Shown in pieces: positions 40,936 to 53,678 of a stretch of DNA of 64,000 bases. The position numbers and the translations under genes are program-made. The notes under the pieces were generated by a model. The model was not told the DNA's origin, made no database searches, and saw only the letters and a program-made list of their open reading frames with translations. The stretch lies in contig CM114271.1 in NCBI GenBank assembly GCA_050084515.1, positions 9,982,001-10,046,000 of the forward strand. Reading direction: 5' to 3'. The number at the start of each line of letters is the position of its first letter. Position 1 is the first letter of the stretch. Origin of the DNA: Blasia pusilla (taxonomy: Eukaryota).

Positions 40936-42060
40936 TTGGAGTTTACCCATGTAGAAAAAGAGAATGGAGAAGGATCGGAGGAAGATCTTCTTAGAGTCTT
41001 TCCTCGACTCTTAAAGAAGTGTGCCAATCAGTGGTATGAGGGAATAGAAGCGGAACACCTAGAAACTTGGGAAGCCTTGCTTAAGGCATTCCTTTCTGAG
41101 TTTCGAGACCTGGAATTTGACAATCGTATACTTACAAAGCTTTGTGATCTCAAGAGGAGGAAGAAAGAGACGTTAAGAGAGTACACTCAAAGTTTTTGCA
41201 GCTTGGTTGGCAAGCTGGAGCACACCACTATGTCACAATTGGTGGATTGGTATGTGTCTGGTCTATCCAAGGAGATGGATTGCTACTGTCGTAGAGGGAA
41301 AAGACACTCCTTAGCAATGGTCATTGCCTCTGCAGAAGCCTACGAGGCCTCGGAGAGGTCTAGGAGGACGCGGAAGAAGAGGCATCAAAGGAAGCGGATG
41401 AGCTCTTCGTTAGAAGAGTCTTTGGATACCTCTCTAGGAAGTACCAGCGAAAACTCAGAGTCTGAGGACGACTCCAAGGGAAAAAGCAAGAAGAAAGCAA
41501 GATGCCCAAAATGGTCTTCATCCACAGGGAAAGAGCGTAAGGACAAGAGCGTGAAGACGGAGAGCCAAAAATCTGTGAGTCCCGGCCGCAAGACTAAGAA
41601 GGACGGGGAGAAGTCCGTCATCAGCGAATTGACGAAGCAGATGGCCAATCTAAAGGTACACCTAGCAGCCCACAAGGATCTTAGAAGAAGTCCGGGACTT
41701 ATGCAGCCTAACATATGGTGGAGTTCTTGTGGGACTCAGGGGCATACACTGCCAGAGTGCCCACTTCAACGAGATTTACGTTGGATCCAAGAAGACCCAT
41801 CTATGGAGGAGGGATGGTATCAAGTAGATCCGTGGGAGGGATGCTACACACTCTAGGCAGTTCCTGGAGCCAGTACTCCTTGTAGCTGGATTCCCAGATA
41901 TGTACCGCCCGAGTATGGAGAGCAAAGGATTTTACGTCAGATCATGGGACGCGTAGCACTCACCCCACCAATCAAGAGAAATTGCTGCTATAATTGTGGG
42001 GTAGCCAATCATTGGGCAAAAAACTATCCAAACCCAAAGAGACGAGTGGGGCTGAATCCC
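40936..42060 (+). mobile_element. Gypsy retrotransposon gag remnant of a different family
   Basis: 'FPRLLKKCANQWYEGI...TWEALLKAFLSEF', 'KETLREYTQSF', and zinc knuckles 'SCGTQGHTLPEC' and 'CYNCGVANHWAKNYP'. Confidence 0.8.
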
Positions 42061-42064
42061 CTCT

Positions 42065-43800
42065 GTGGCCCATCATCTGCCTCGCGACCACTAGTGAAAT
42101 ATACCTTGGAGCTCAATACACCCTCCAGACATCCATCTCTACTGAGTACAAAGATTGGAACTCCATGTAGTCATCCATCGAAGGACCCTCTAAATGATGG
42201 AACAAATCCTTCCACACCATGAAAGGGTTGAACCGCGTAGGGGCTCGGATCTCCTTGAAGTCGCACCATGTGTCGAACTCTTAGATGAAATCATGAAGAT
42301 CTATGGTGCCTACCGCACCTGAGAAACAACGCATGCCCCGATAGCCCATGTCGTCCATCTCTCCCCACGTGACATTGCCTCCATTTGCGATATTGTCACC
42401 AGACCTGTTGTCTAGTGATGTGTGATACCCACAATTTTGTACTCTTGAAGAATATATCTTTTTATTCAACGAAGACTCTTGTATATGATGATTTTGATTA
42501 TGATTATTTATTATTATGAATAAGAATGAGTGAATCACGAAGCTCTTGAGACAAGGCAGAGAGATGGAAGATCAAGGATTTGCCTTAGAGGAGAGGAAAA
42601 CACAATAACGAAGTCTTAAGACTCAAAACGAAGTTTAACGAAGCTTCACGAAGATGTACGAAGCTCTGTCTTTGAAGTGCTTCGCTACATAACAAAGCAT
42701 CAGAAGAAAAGAAGAAAGAAGTACTTCGCTCTTGCACGAAGCACGAAGCACCGGAAGTAAGAACGAAGCATGGAGTACTTCGTCCTCATGAAGTCCAGCG
42801 AAGCGAAGCTAGGAAGGACTGTGATTTCAAGCGACGCATAGTTAGAACAGTTAGACTAGGAAAAGGCGCAACCCTTTGTCTCAAATTGGTAGTTAGGACA
42901 GTTTTGTAATGCGGATTCACAGGGATCGTAGGAAAAGCTAAGAGAACCGTAGATCTAGGTAGTTAGAAACAATGAAGAGACACTAGCTTCATCAAGAACG
43001 TTTTGAATCTTTCAATCACTTCCACTCCAACGAATATTTAAGAAGTAAAGCAGAAGCCATAATCATCATTCTCTTACGAAGTCCTTATGTTGTAGGAATG
43101 GTCCGAGCAAGGGAGTAGTACCCTCTCGAGCTTGTATACACTTTGAAGCTTTCTCATTCTTGATGGAGTAATAAAGCAATCATTCATTCATTCTGATGTG
43201 CGATGCTTATGTCTGAGTATTCTTTTTGGGTCTGTAGAGTGAAGAGTGAACCAGGCGAACCTTTCTCATCAATGAAATAATCAACATGAGTTGTAGGAAA
43301 TCTGTTTGACAGAGAGAAGCCTGCCGAGACGGATTGAGTTCCGAAAGTATGAGAAGCCAGCTTTCTCATACTTTCGGAAAGTATGAGAAAGCTGGCTTTC
43401 TCATACTTTCCGAGGTTTCTTGGTGAGGTTTCTTGATGTCGAGAGGAAAATCTACCTGAACATGCTGTCAATTCCACTAGAGAGAATCGAGAAAAGATCC
43501 TTTGGTACTAAGAAAGATCAGAAGATATTGATAAGACATTGAATATAACTCACACACATTTAAATATAACTATTACAAGAGAATTGTAATTCCGAACTCT
43601 CTTTTCATGAAAAAATGATCCTCTTGGGGATCGAACTTATTTAAATGACTATAAAATAGAAACACTTGTACATTACATGATGACAATCTAGCCATGGATG
43701 GAAGGCAAGGTAGCTCCTCACTTCACTTCGTGTCACACCACTACTAATGCTCGCACTACCCCGTTCTTCGGCATCTTGGAATAACGCCGTGGTGACAACC
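42065..43800 (-). mobile_element. DNMT-Gypsy family 5'/gag fragment (copy 6), split by solo LTR A2
   Basis: 'MDDMGYRGMRCFSGAVGTIDLHDFI' matches the gag start at 57219. The sequence continues across the LTR and matches 57100-57200. Confidence 0.75.
42421..43677 (+). mobile_element. Solo LTR, family A (copy A2)
   Basis: tgtgataccc...gtacattaca with TSD TGATG on both sides. Confidence 0.9.
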
Positions 43801-45769
43801 CTATCTCACCCGCTCAAGCACGCAAACTCACCAAGAGTCTCCCACACTCCTCACTATCTCACCCATGCTATACATGAAAGAAGTCTACCCTCATCACCAT
43901 AACTGCACCCATTTAGCACCAACTACTACCCGACCCAACACCCTCAATGACAGAAGATAAGTGCGGGAAAAGGGACTCGAATGGTAACTTGATCACGCCC
44001 TCCAACCTACGGGCCTACGGCACCATCAACACTGACTCCTCCATGTGGTGTGGAAACCTCCGTGGCACGACACTCTCCTCGAACAATAGGTCAAACCTTC
44101 TATCAACACATGCATGATCCCGGTGTGGATCACCCATCTCAACACAGGTCTGCAAAGTGCAAGTAAATCCCAACGCAAAAACTCACAACTGTAGCGTCAA
44201 CCCCATGACCACAATACCTACCATGATCAAGGCTCAACCATAGCCTCAACCATGTCGCAGCCACAGCCTCAACCCCGTCTATGCAGCCTACTATGGTTGG
44301 CTAGACCCGACTACCATGGTTAGCCTCTTCCTACTATGTTTTACAACTCCTTACCACATCCGCACTCACATCTTCCGCCTTATCCCTCTACTACCCATAC
44401 GCCCACTGTCCGACCTTGGGCCCTCCTCTATTCCGCGACCTTGTTTAAGATTTTGAACTCCACACTAACGCCTTGGTGTGGCTCCCTGCTCCATTCAACT
44501 CGTAACCTCTCTCCAAGCCCCTCTCTGTTCGTGATCCTACCCAGCTTCCGGCTTCCAACTTGTGACGCAAGATGTCGAGCCTGTGCTTTGTCCCGTTCTT
44601 GGCTGACTCTAGGACCCGCCTTCACCTCCCATCGGACATCATCACAAATTTGAGGGGCCCTATATTTTGCATTAATTTGGTATCATTTCTAAATATGTTG
44701 ATTTAAACACTAAACTAATGAAAGATTACATCAATATAGTAAGTAAATTTGATGAGTATGCTTTATATTTATCGTATGTACTTTAAAAAAAATATTAACA
44801 TAAATGATGATGTTTGTGCATTCAAAATGATCATAGATATACAAAAATAACAATACACTTTCAATACTAATTGAGTAACACGAATGAATATCGTTTGCGC
44901 ATCATAACTTCCCAAATAAAGTAACAAGATGATTTATTATATTCTTACTTACCATGCATCGTAATGTTATCATAAACTTATGCTAATTATTTAATGAAAA
45001 TACTGCCAAATGATAAACATAATTACTATCTATTATTTGGTGATAGAACGTAATGAATCCATCTTTTACTTCCATTGCATTTGTGCTCTTCATCCATACA
45101 TGCATACTAAATTAAAATGTAATTTCTACATTGGAAGGATATTTTCATTTTACCATATGATTATCATAAATATAAATGTATAAGTAGCTTATTAATATAT
45201 GAATAACATTAAATAAAAAATTTCATATAATAATTCAGTACTTTGTATTATAAAAATATTATATTAAAAATTTTGCATTGTCATGAAATACACACTGTGA
45301 AAAATGTACATTTATTGCTTTAAAATAATTAATATATCTGCAAGAAAAGGTGTGAAGCTTCAACTAGCTACAAAAGCACTCTATTTGTAATACACAAACA
45401 TACCAAAAAATTATGATTGAACAAACCAATCTCTAGAAATCTCGGATATGCTAGCTCTATTCTTAAAGTAGCAATCGAGGCTAAACATCGGGAGATTTTA
45501 ACTTATGTTTTCCTCTTGCAGGCTTTCAACCAAACAATCCTCTCCAATAAGAAGGCCGATTGAGTGGGCACCTTTTCTGGGCAGAAGAAGACGGCTCAAC
45601 AATAAACTACAGCCTCCGATGTCAGGGCACGTGGACAGTTCCTGTAAACCTCCCACCTTGAGAACTTCTTTTGTGTCTAAAACCTAGTCACTAAATTATA
45701 GCTCAAAACCCTTGTTGCTTACTTGCGGGTGAAGAAGTAGACAGCTATTGACCAATAGTACCATTTTCT

Positions 45770-48700
45770 TTACAACATGGAGGAACTAACCAGCCGACTT
45801 GAATATCTAGTGTGTATAGGTATCGAGGCTCCGCAAGCTTGTAACAGAATTGGACCTATCCATGAGCTGAACATGTCTTTGAGTGCAGTTTTGACTTCTC
45901 CTGAACCATGTTCACAACTGATAAGCCCTGCAAGCATAGGAAAAAATCGGATGCGGTATCTCTCAAAGGATGAGTCCTTCAGGGCACTTACAGCCTGAAG
46001 TGTGGCAACTACAACAGGTTCTCCAGCCATGAGGTCCTGTCTTCTGGCTAAACCAAGAGGAACCACCCACTGAGGGGAATGACGCTTCTCATTGAAAGAT
46101 GCTATAGTTGATGTAGGGGGTGTTGTGGAAGTATGCACATACAGTCTCAGAACCTCCTTGCAAAGGTGGACCAAGTGGGTCTCTACCTCCACATCCTTGG
46201 CAAGCATTGGCTTGCTAACAGTGAGGCATTGCAACATGGTTAGATATGCATGATATGAATCTCTCTCCATATGTAACAATGGAGAGTCTGGCATCTGGGT
46301 AGCTATTCAAAGTTGTTGGAATCTCATCTATAAATTGTGGTCTCCATTGACATCATGTGCATGTCTTATAATCTTGTGAAGCATGTCCAAAAGTAGCATC
46401 ATGTGCGTGGCTCATAGCTGGGTTTCATGCATGTTGTACATCTCCGTTATGGCTCGTCACTAGCAAAGAAGTTAGATCATGAACCCTGGAAATCTAATGA
46501 TAATCAATCGTGTGCTCTTTCCTCCACCTCTAGGTGAAGCTCATGGATGAGAACCAATCCAGATAAAACTAAGCTCGTCAAGAAAAGGAGGAAAAGAATG
46601 TAAATCTCTCTACAAAATATAAAGAGAAATTTGGCGGATGGGCCCATCCTACACCAACATTCACAAACCTGCGCCAGCAGCAATTGAACTGGTATACAAC
46701 ATCTCATATCAGATATCAACATCTGTCATCAATGTGCTTGCCTGATCTCTAGTTCTACTAAGGCGGAAACATCATCTGCTTTCTGTTTGTGACTGTAAGA
46801 TAAGCCCTCTTCTGGCAGATGTGCAGCTTGAATCTCCTCTCCGCAATCCACGAGCTTTGGCATATCTGGCAAACTATGAGATGCTACATCCTTCAAACTT
46901 TCCAGCACTTCTTTCTATTTATCATATGAGAACACGCTCTCGGCATTAGTCATCAGCCGTACAAAGGCAACAACACCTATTGCAGCCAAACTCTGATGAG
47001 GCCGCTTGATAAACATGTCAGCAAGGATAAAATTCTGCCCAGCAAGGGGTTGACCACTAGATAGAATTTGACAAAAAGGTCCACCACAAGCTGCAAAGCC
47101 AATATTCATGTTTCAAACAATCATGCATCCATCTCCAGCTTAGCCTCCTCTTTCTCATGACTACCTTTGATATGGGCAGCCGGCTCAATGGCTCGTCAAA
47201 CATAATCAAAGATTGGAAACAAAAAAAATTCTAACATCTTTTCCCACAATCCCAGGGTAAAAAAGTTTCCATGATATTTTAGTGTATCAAATAGGACTTC
47301 CAAGACACTTTTTTGAATGTTTGGATGAGGATCGAATGTCAATTCGGACAATCTTGAACATTGAAGACATCATATTGTATGGTCACGATGGAAGTTTAAC
47401 TGTGACAAATGCACATGAACATGTATACCTTACAATTTCAAATTCAAACTCTAAAAATTAGTCAGATAGATAAGCCAAGTGGAGACATGATTCTATATTG
47501 AATGGCTACAACTCACCTGCAGGAGAGGGAACTAGAAATAAAGGTGGTCCTCTCTGTTTGTAAAAGTAGATAACTGAGGCTCTTCTACATCCCCAATTCT
47601 TGGTGATGTGTGATACACACAATTTTGCAATTTTGAAGATAAACACATTTTTGTATTCAACCTAAGTATAGATGTTTTCAGGAATGAAGCCTCTTTGAAG
47701 TAAAAGGCTTTCTTGAATATTATTTTTTACGTATTGGAAGAATGAGGAGTATTGGAATAGATTATGAAGCTCCTAGGATAAGGCACAGAGATGGAAAGTC
47801 AAGGATTTTCCTTGGAGGAGCGAGAAACTAGCTAATGAAGTCGGAAGACCAAGAGCAAAGCTTGGAAAAGGCAACGAAGCCCGAATAAAGAACATGTTAA
47901 TGAAGTACTTCGCTCTTCAACGAAACTGGAAGACGAGATACAAAGTACTTAGAGAAAAGACAAAGACTAAGGCACTTTGCACATGAATGAAGAGCTTCGT
48001 CTTGGAAAGAAGAAGAAGAGGTCCCGACTTCGCATTGAAGGGAAGATTGTCCAAGCTTCCAAGCGGTACACCGCTAGAGTAGTTAGGCTAGGAGGAGGAA
48101 TGCCTTTTCAGAGCAGATAGGAAGTAAGAACAGTTACTACCTGCGGATTCCTATGAATCACACAAAAAGATAAGAGAATCGTAGATCAAAGTAGTTAAAA
48201 GATCTTAGAAGATGTCTATCTAGCAAGAAACACTTCAGATCTTTAGTACCGATGCCGTTTGGAAGGATATTTAAGGATCATCAACGTAGTTATCAGCATC
48301 ATTTTCTTACAATGTCCTTATGCTGTAGGAATGGTCCGAGCGGGACAGTAGTACCCTCTCATGCTTGTATACACTTTGAAGCTTTCTTATTCTTGATGGA
48401 ATAGCACCAACCTCATTTCTTCATTCTGATGTGCGGAGCATATGTCTGAGAATTCTTATTGGGTCTGCAGAGTGAGAAATGATCCGGAGAGAAGTTTACA
48501 CTAAAATAGTAATCGATTGTGAGATGTAGGAAATCTGTTTGACAAAGAGAAGCCTGCCGCGACGGATTCAATTTCGAAAGTAGGAAGAAGCCATGAGGCA
48601 ATTGAGATCTCTAGGAGGTCCTGGTGTGTGAGGAAGCATATGCCCGAGAGTTTGTTCTATTCCACTTGAGAGAACATAAGAAAGAAAATATTGGTACTTG

Positions 48701-49165
48701 TGAGAAGTAAAATGAATAGATGAATGTTTAAAACAATCTTGCATCAACATAACTATCAATTTCATATAAATACCACACCTTAATCTTTCTTTTCGGATAA
48801 TAATGATATTCTCGGGGATCGAACCTTATAAATACTCCCAAAATGATTACTTACCATTATCCTTGTACATTACATGATGATTACGCAGACTTTCCAAATT
48901 TGTCTATTTCCTTGTTCCTTGAAGCCCCAAGCTCATCTTTAGCCAACTTCAAGGCACAAAACCTCAGGAAAGCAACGACATTCAAATTGACATCTTTATT
49001 GAATTTGCTATTTGTAAATGCAATAAAAAAGTTAACACAATCAGTGAAAGTCATTGTTTCAATCTCTGTGATACACAAGAAGTATTCTCTGACTATCTTC
49101 TCAATGGTCTCAAATGCCATCAGTAGAATGGTCTTGTGATCATTAATGGCTGCAGTTGTGAACTC
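45770..49165 (-). pseudogene. BIG-type (brefeldin A-inhibited) ARF-GEF pseudogene, C-terminal part only
   Basis: 'FTTAAINDHKTILLMAFETIEKIVREYF..FTDCVNFFIAFTNSKFNKDV', 'DHLYF*FPLLAG', 'LSELTFDP..SVLEVLFDTL', 'FPIFDYV*', 'PHQSLAAIGVVAFVRLM' and 'FFPMLAGLISCEHGSGEV...GPILL'. Several stops and frameshifts, a retained intron (GT at ~47516) and an LTR insertion in an exon. Confidence 0.85.
47609..48874 (+). mobile_element. Solo LTR, diverged family A (copy A3), inserted in a BIG exon
   Basis: tgtgatacac...gtacattaca with TSD TGATG. Removing it rejoins the BIG-like reading frame (KFGKSA*SSPRIGDVEE). Confidence 0.85.
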
Positions 49166-49169
49166 TCTG

Positions 49170-52100
49170 GCTCTTTATAGCCACCAAGCCCAAATAGGTT
49201 GACGCATGCCATCCTCCCACCAACTCCTCATCACTCTCTCCATGCCAACAAGCTCCAGTTCATCTTGCTGATTCAACCATGGGTTACGGCTCAAACCATC
49301 TGCATCCTGGTTGAACGTCCCATGTCTATGAACCACATGGAAATCATAGAGGTTGGTGAGGAGACGACAGATGGCCGAGATATTCATGAGGATGGAGTAG
49401 TCTTTGAGTACTTACGTACTGGAAACGTTGCGAGCGCAGTGGGTGCTAGAGAGCGGGATTAGATCCTACAGTGAGTTAGACGGTTCCGGTGGGAGGGGAC
49501 ACATGTGTTGCGAGTTTAGGAGGATGGTAGAGTATGTGTAGTGCCTCATCCTTCACAGAGAGCACGTTTGGTGCATCATGCCCACGAGGAGTTGGGTCAT
49601 TTTGAAATGAATTGGACGTACAAGTTGCTCCATATATAGTATTGGTGGCGAGGCATACACACTGATGTTCAACAATTTGTTGCTAGGTGCATGGTGTGTG
49701 ACTGGGTGTGGGCATCGTTCAATGGTCTGATTCCACATTTGCATCCACTTCCGATCAAAGGTTTAGGGTATGGATGGATGAAGTGCCCACGTTTTTGAAA
49801 TATTGACAGAAAGAGCATTTTTTGTACAAAAGTCTTCCTTGAGTGAAGACTAAAGACTCAATAGTTTACCGCAATTGTATGAAATCAATGACTCACAGAA
49901 CTCTGATGAGAGGACAAGAGATACGAAGGGATTAAGGACTGTCTTGGAAGAGTGAGAATTGTGTAAAAGTAGGAAAAGACGAGAAAAGAAACTAGAATAA
50001 GAGGTGCGGGTACTTTGCAAGGAAGATTGTAGTAGGAATAGTGGTGAAGACTGTCAACGAAGACTAGAAAAAGCTTCTTTGTAAAAGAAGACTGAAGGTG
50101 GTCTTTGTGCAAAGACTAAGTACAAAGAGAAAAGACGGAAGACCCAAGAGCAAATACTGAGAACTCTAAGAAGGAAGAGGAATAAGAAGAGGAATTAAAG
50201 AGTCTTCACAAAGGGGAAAGGTGTATAAAAAATAGGAAATAGAAAAAATGTTTTTTAAGAAAGCGGATTGAAAGGAAATCACAAGGAGGACTCTTCGCGG
50301 CAAGAGAAAGATAAGAGTCTTCACAAAGATATGAGCATGAAGATAGGACAGAAAAGAGCGCGAAGACTATGAAGAATGAACCGTCATGGGATTTCGGAAG
50401 CCGAAAATGGAGCGACGCAACGGTTTAGGAGGAAGCGGAAATGAATTGCCAAGGCAACCAACCAACTTAGGAAGGTAAAGGGTTGGAGAATTTGAACTTA
50501 GGAGGATAGGATTATCAGTTAGAAATCTAGAGTGGAATAGGAAAATCAATAAGGAATTGTAAAAGACTATTTAAAGAGCAAATTAGAAGAAGAAGGGATC
50601 ATTCCCTTGTGTCTTGAATTCTCCGCTACTGTGGGTGAAAGTCATTTCCTTATATCTGGAGTTTCCTAGCAGTCTTGGTGGGTTGTGTAAGGAGTTTTGT
50701 GGTGATGATTTAAGCCAAAGAGCCTTACACTTTCTGAAGCTTGCAATACTTTCTAGTTCTTTCCACTCTTTGATGCACAAGAAAAGTCTTCTCTCATGCT
50801 TCCTGATGTGCGGAGTTGGGTGTAAAATATTATTGGGTTGCAATAGGAATAAGATTTGAGTCTTGTAATTTTGAAATTCCATAAGATAATCAAGAAGAGC
50901 ATAGGAAAGTTGTTAGACAGTGAGTAACCTGCCACAATAGATTTAGTTCTAAAAGTAGGATGAGCCGCCATTCTTGAGATCTCTTTGAGGTCTTCGTTGG
51001 AACTTTGTTATCCTAGATTCGAAAGAGTCTTTGTCTGCACTTGAGAAGAGTATTTTCCAAGAGGGAAGAAAATCCTTTTATTCTTCTGTACTTGTAAAGA
51101 CAGTGTAGTTGTAGTCAGTCAGTAAAGTTAATAAAGAAGGAGTTGTTATTGTTATTTCTTATAAAACCTCTCTTTACTCAGGAAACGGTGATCTCTTGGT
51201 AACAAACTTAATACTTTTTGATTAAAGGAGTATCTTTTTCCTTGAGTTGTACATTACAATGGAGTTTTAATTTTGCACGACGTTTATCTTTGACGAAGCA
51301 CCATAGTCGTTATGTGTTGGTGATGCATGGTCTAACACTTCTTGAAGTGGGTAGATTTGGTTGTATTGCACGACAAAGCAAGTGAGGGAGTAGTGTTTGC
51401 CTTCCTAGATCGAGTGTTGAGTCATTACGGCGCACCAACTAAAGCGTTGAAACACCTGGATACAGAGTTTTGTGGGGAGGTTTGGTCCTTGTGTGATCAG
51501 GCACTAATCGACCAGCGCACCACTTTGCGAGATCATACTAAGGAGGATCGACTAGCGGAGAGGGTTGTGCAGACATTGAAGAGAGATTTTTGTGAGTATG
51601 GTTTGCAGAGAGGTCACCTAGGAGATTGGGAACTCCAGTTGCCATGGTTGGTGATGGGATGCAGTTTCAACATGCAGATATCCTTAGGGTCTTTCTCACC
51701 GTACTTGCTACTTTATGGCTGAGAGCCGGATTTACCTGCGGCCATTTGTCGAGACGTTGGTGAGGTGGTAAACCTTGATGAACCTCCTGTATGGATGCGA
51801 GCATGTTTTCAGAGGCCTGAGTTGGGTAAGAAAGTGATGCCCATGGCGTTTGAGAACTTGGCGATTGCGCAACATGGGGATACGTTGAGGTATGCAATTA
51901 TTCGGGGAGGTGGTTATCGACCAACTATCCAAAGGTTTCATCAAGGAGACTATGTCTACTTGAAGCATATGACACCCACAACGTTGGATGTGACTACAAG
52001 GCGCACTATCTTGAGGATGCGTGAGATTTTGCCATCTGGTGCTCTCTTATTAGAGGGACGTGATGGTATGGTTTGGAAGGACCATGTGCGTCACTGTGCG

Positions 52101-52612
52101 CCATGTCACCTCCCTAACATTGATGGTACAATTGATCCAAGCTTAGTTCTTGCTGGCTTGCAATGTATGTTGTGTGGTTCTATCCGTGGTACAACCACTA
52201 TGCTAATCTGTGATAGGTGTTCGAGAGGATGGCATATGGCATGTCTGGCGCCACCTCTCACTAGGGTTCCTCGAGGATGGTGGATTTGCCCCTGATGTAC
52301 ATAGAGTAGGTAGTTATAGATTTTGACTTGTGTCTATGACATGGATGACAAGAAGGTGACTAACGATAAGGCCACATGAGCACCCAACCTTTTTTCTCTT
52401 AGCATCCGAGAGATGTATGTCATGGTAGGTAGGGATAGATGGTTATCTAGAGTTAGAGGCACCTAACCACCAACTAGGGAGGCAATTTGAGATATTTTGG
52501 TACTTCTCCTCTTGTTTTTTGGATGCCATGAGGTGGCATGGGATCGTGCGTGTTTGTATGTATATTCGGTGACAGCGATATATGTTGTGTAGCGATGTTT
52601 ATGCGCACGACA
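49170..52612 (+). mobile_element. Gypsy pol 3' part: RNase H end (locally inverted), integrase with C-terminal PHD finger, PPT and short terminal repeat (probable DNMT-Gypsy copy 4)
   Basis: HHCC finger 'HHAHEELGH...YWW..DVQQFVARCMVC'. Core 'VLSHYGAP...DTEFCGE...LAERVVQTLK' and 'FSPYLLLYG'. C4HC3 PHD at 52164-52298. Purine tract 'tagggaggc' at ~52476. Confidence 0.8.
49779..51258 (+). mobile_element. Solo LTR, family B, inserted in the integrase
   Basis: tgaagtgcccac...gtacattaca with TSD ATGGA on both sides. Similar to 38794-40272. Confidence 0.9.
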
Positions 52613-53301
52613 ACTATTGTTGATTTAAGGATAAATCAACAAGATCTAGTATAGCACCTTTGGAGATACAAGAGGACAGCTTGCGGAGGTCGAGGATGAC
52701 CGGTTGAGGGCACGGGTAACCTGAGAGAGCAGGTTTCCCCTTCATTTGGGCTCATTTGGAGCCATATTGAGGAACTTTCAATTTTGGATAAATTATTATT
52801 TATGGTATAGTTGACTTTCTACTTTGGGAAGTGGCCCTTGGGAAGGAGATATTTGATTGATTTAATTAGAGATATTTTGGTACTTCTCGTGTCGTTGTTT
52901 GGATGCCATGAGTTAGCATGGGATTGTGCGTGTTTGTATGTATGTTCGGTGACAACGACGTATGTTGTGTAGCGATGTGTATGCGCATAACAACTTGCAT
53001 TATGAATATTCTTTTCTTATCTCCATTACTTATTGTGAGACTTGAGTTATCTTATAACTTGTCTTCATCACATGCACTCTACTCTTATGTATTTTGCAAG
53101 AAGGCAATATTTCTGCTACACATGTCGTATATGATCCACCAATGCCTTCTACAATTATCCCGCTATGGAAGAAGAAAAGGTGCAGAGTTTCCAAGTTTGC
53201 GCAAAGTCACAAGTTAGCGTTACCTATTCTCACGGGAAAAAGTTTTTGACCGTGGGACAGTTCCAACTCACATATACGAGGCTGCAATTGCAAATATTGA
53301 C

Positions 53302-53600
53302 ATGCTCACGTCAAAATACGATGAATCCCAACGCATTGTTGATTTTTTGAATGACCTCGTGTTATCTACGAATGAGGTTTCAGACATTCAAATTGACCAT
53401 TTAAGCGACCTACTTGATAGGTTGAAGGTTGCAAACAAGAACTTTTTGGAATTTTTCGACACTTGTGGCATATGCCTAAAGACCAAACCTGCATTTACAT
53501 TTTTTGTAGAAGTAATGACATATGTATTCAAGGGTTTGAAGAAGTAAAAATTTGCCATATGTTAATGTGCCAACCATGTCAACAGCTATCTCGTTGTTTT
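53302..53600 (+). pseudogene. Degenerate Cys-rich, RING-like coding fragment
   Basis: 'CGICLKTKPAF' followed, after a frameshift, by 'ICHMLMCQPC..SRCF'. Confidence 0.3.
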
Positions 53601-53678
53601 GTTTCAATAATTAGGACCATCTATAGTTTTTGTTTTCAGAATAATGCAAATGACTATTTCCATCCGCCTATGCCCTAT

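Noticed and set aside
44005-44020. Possible PBS (TGGTGCCGT on the minus strand) for the DNMT-Gypsy family
   Set aside because: The match is short, no LTR end could be defined beside it, and it was not seen in other copies.
44650-45370. Helitron 3' end in the AT-rich tract ending in CTAG
   Set aside because: There is no clear subterminal hairpin, and CTAG is not followed by T.
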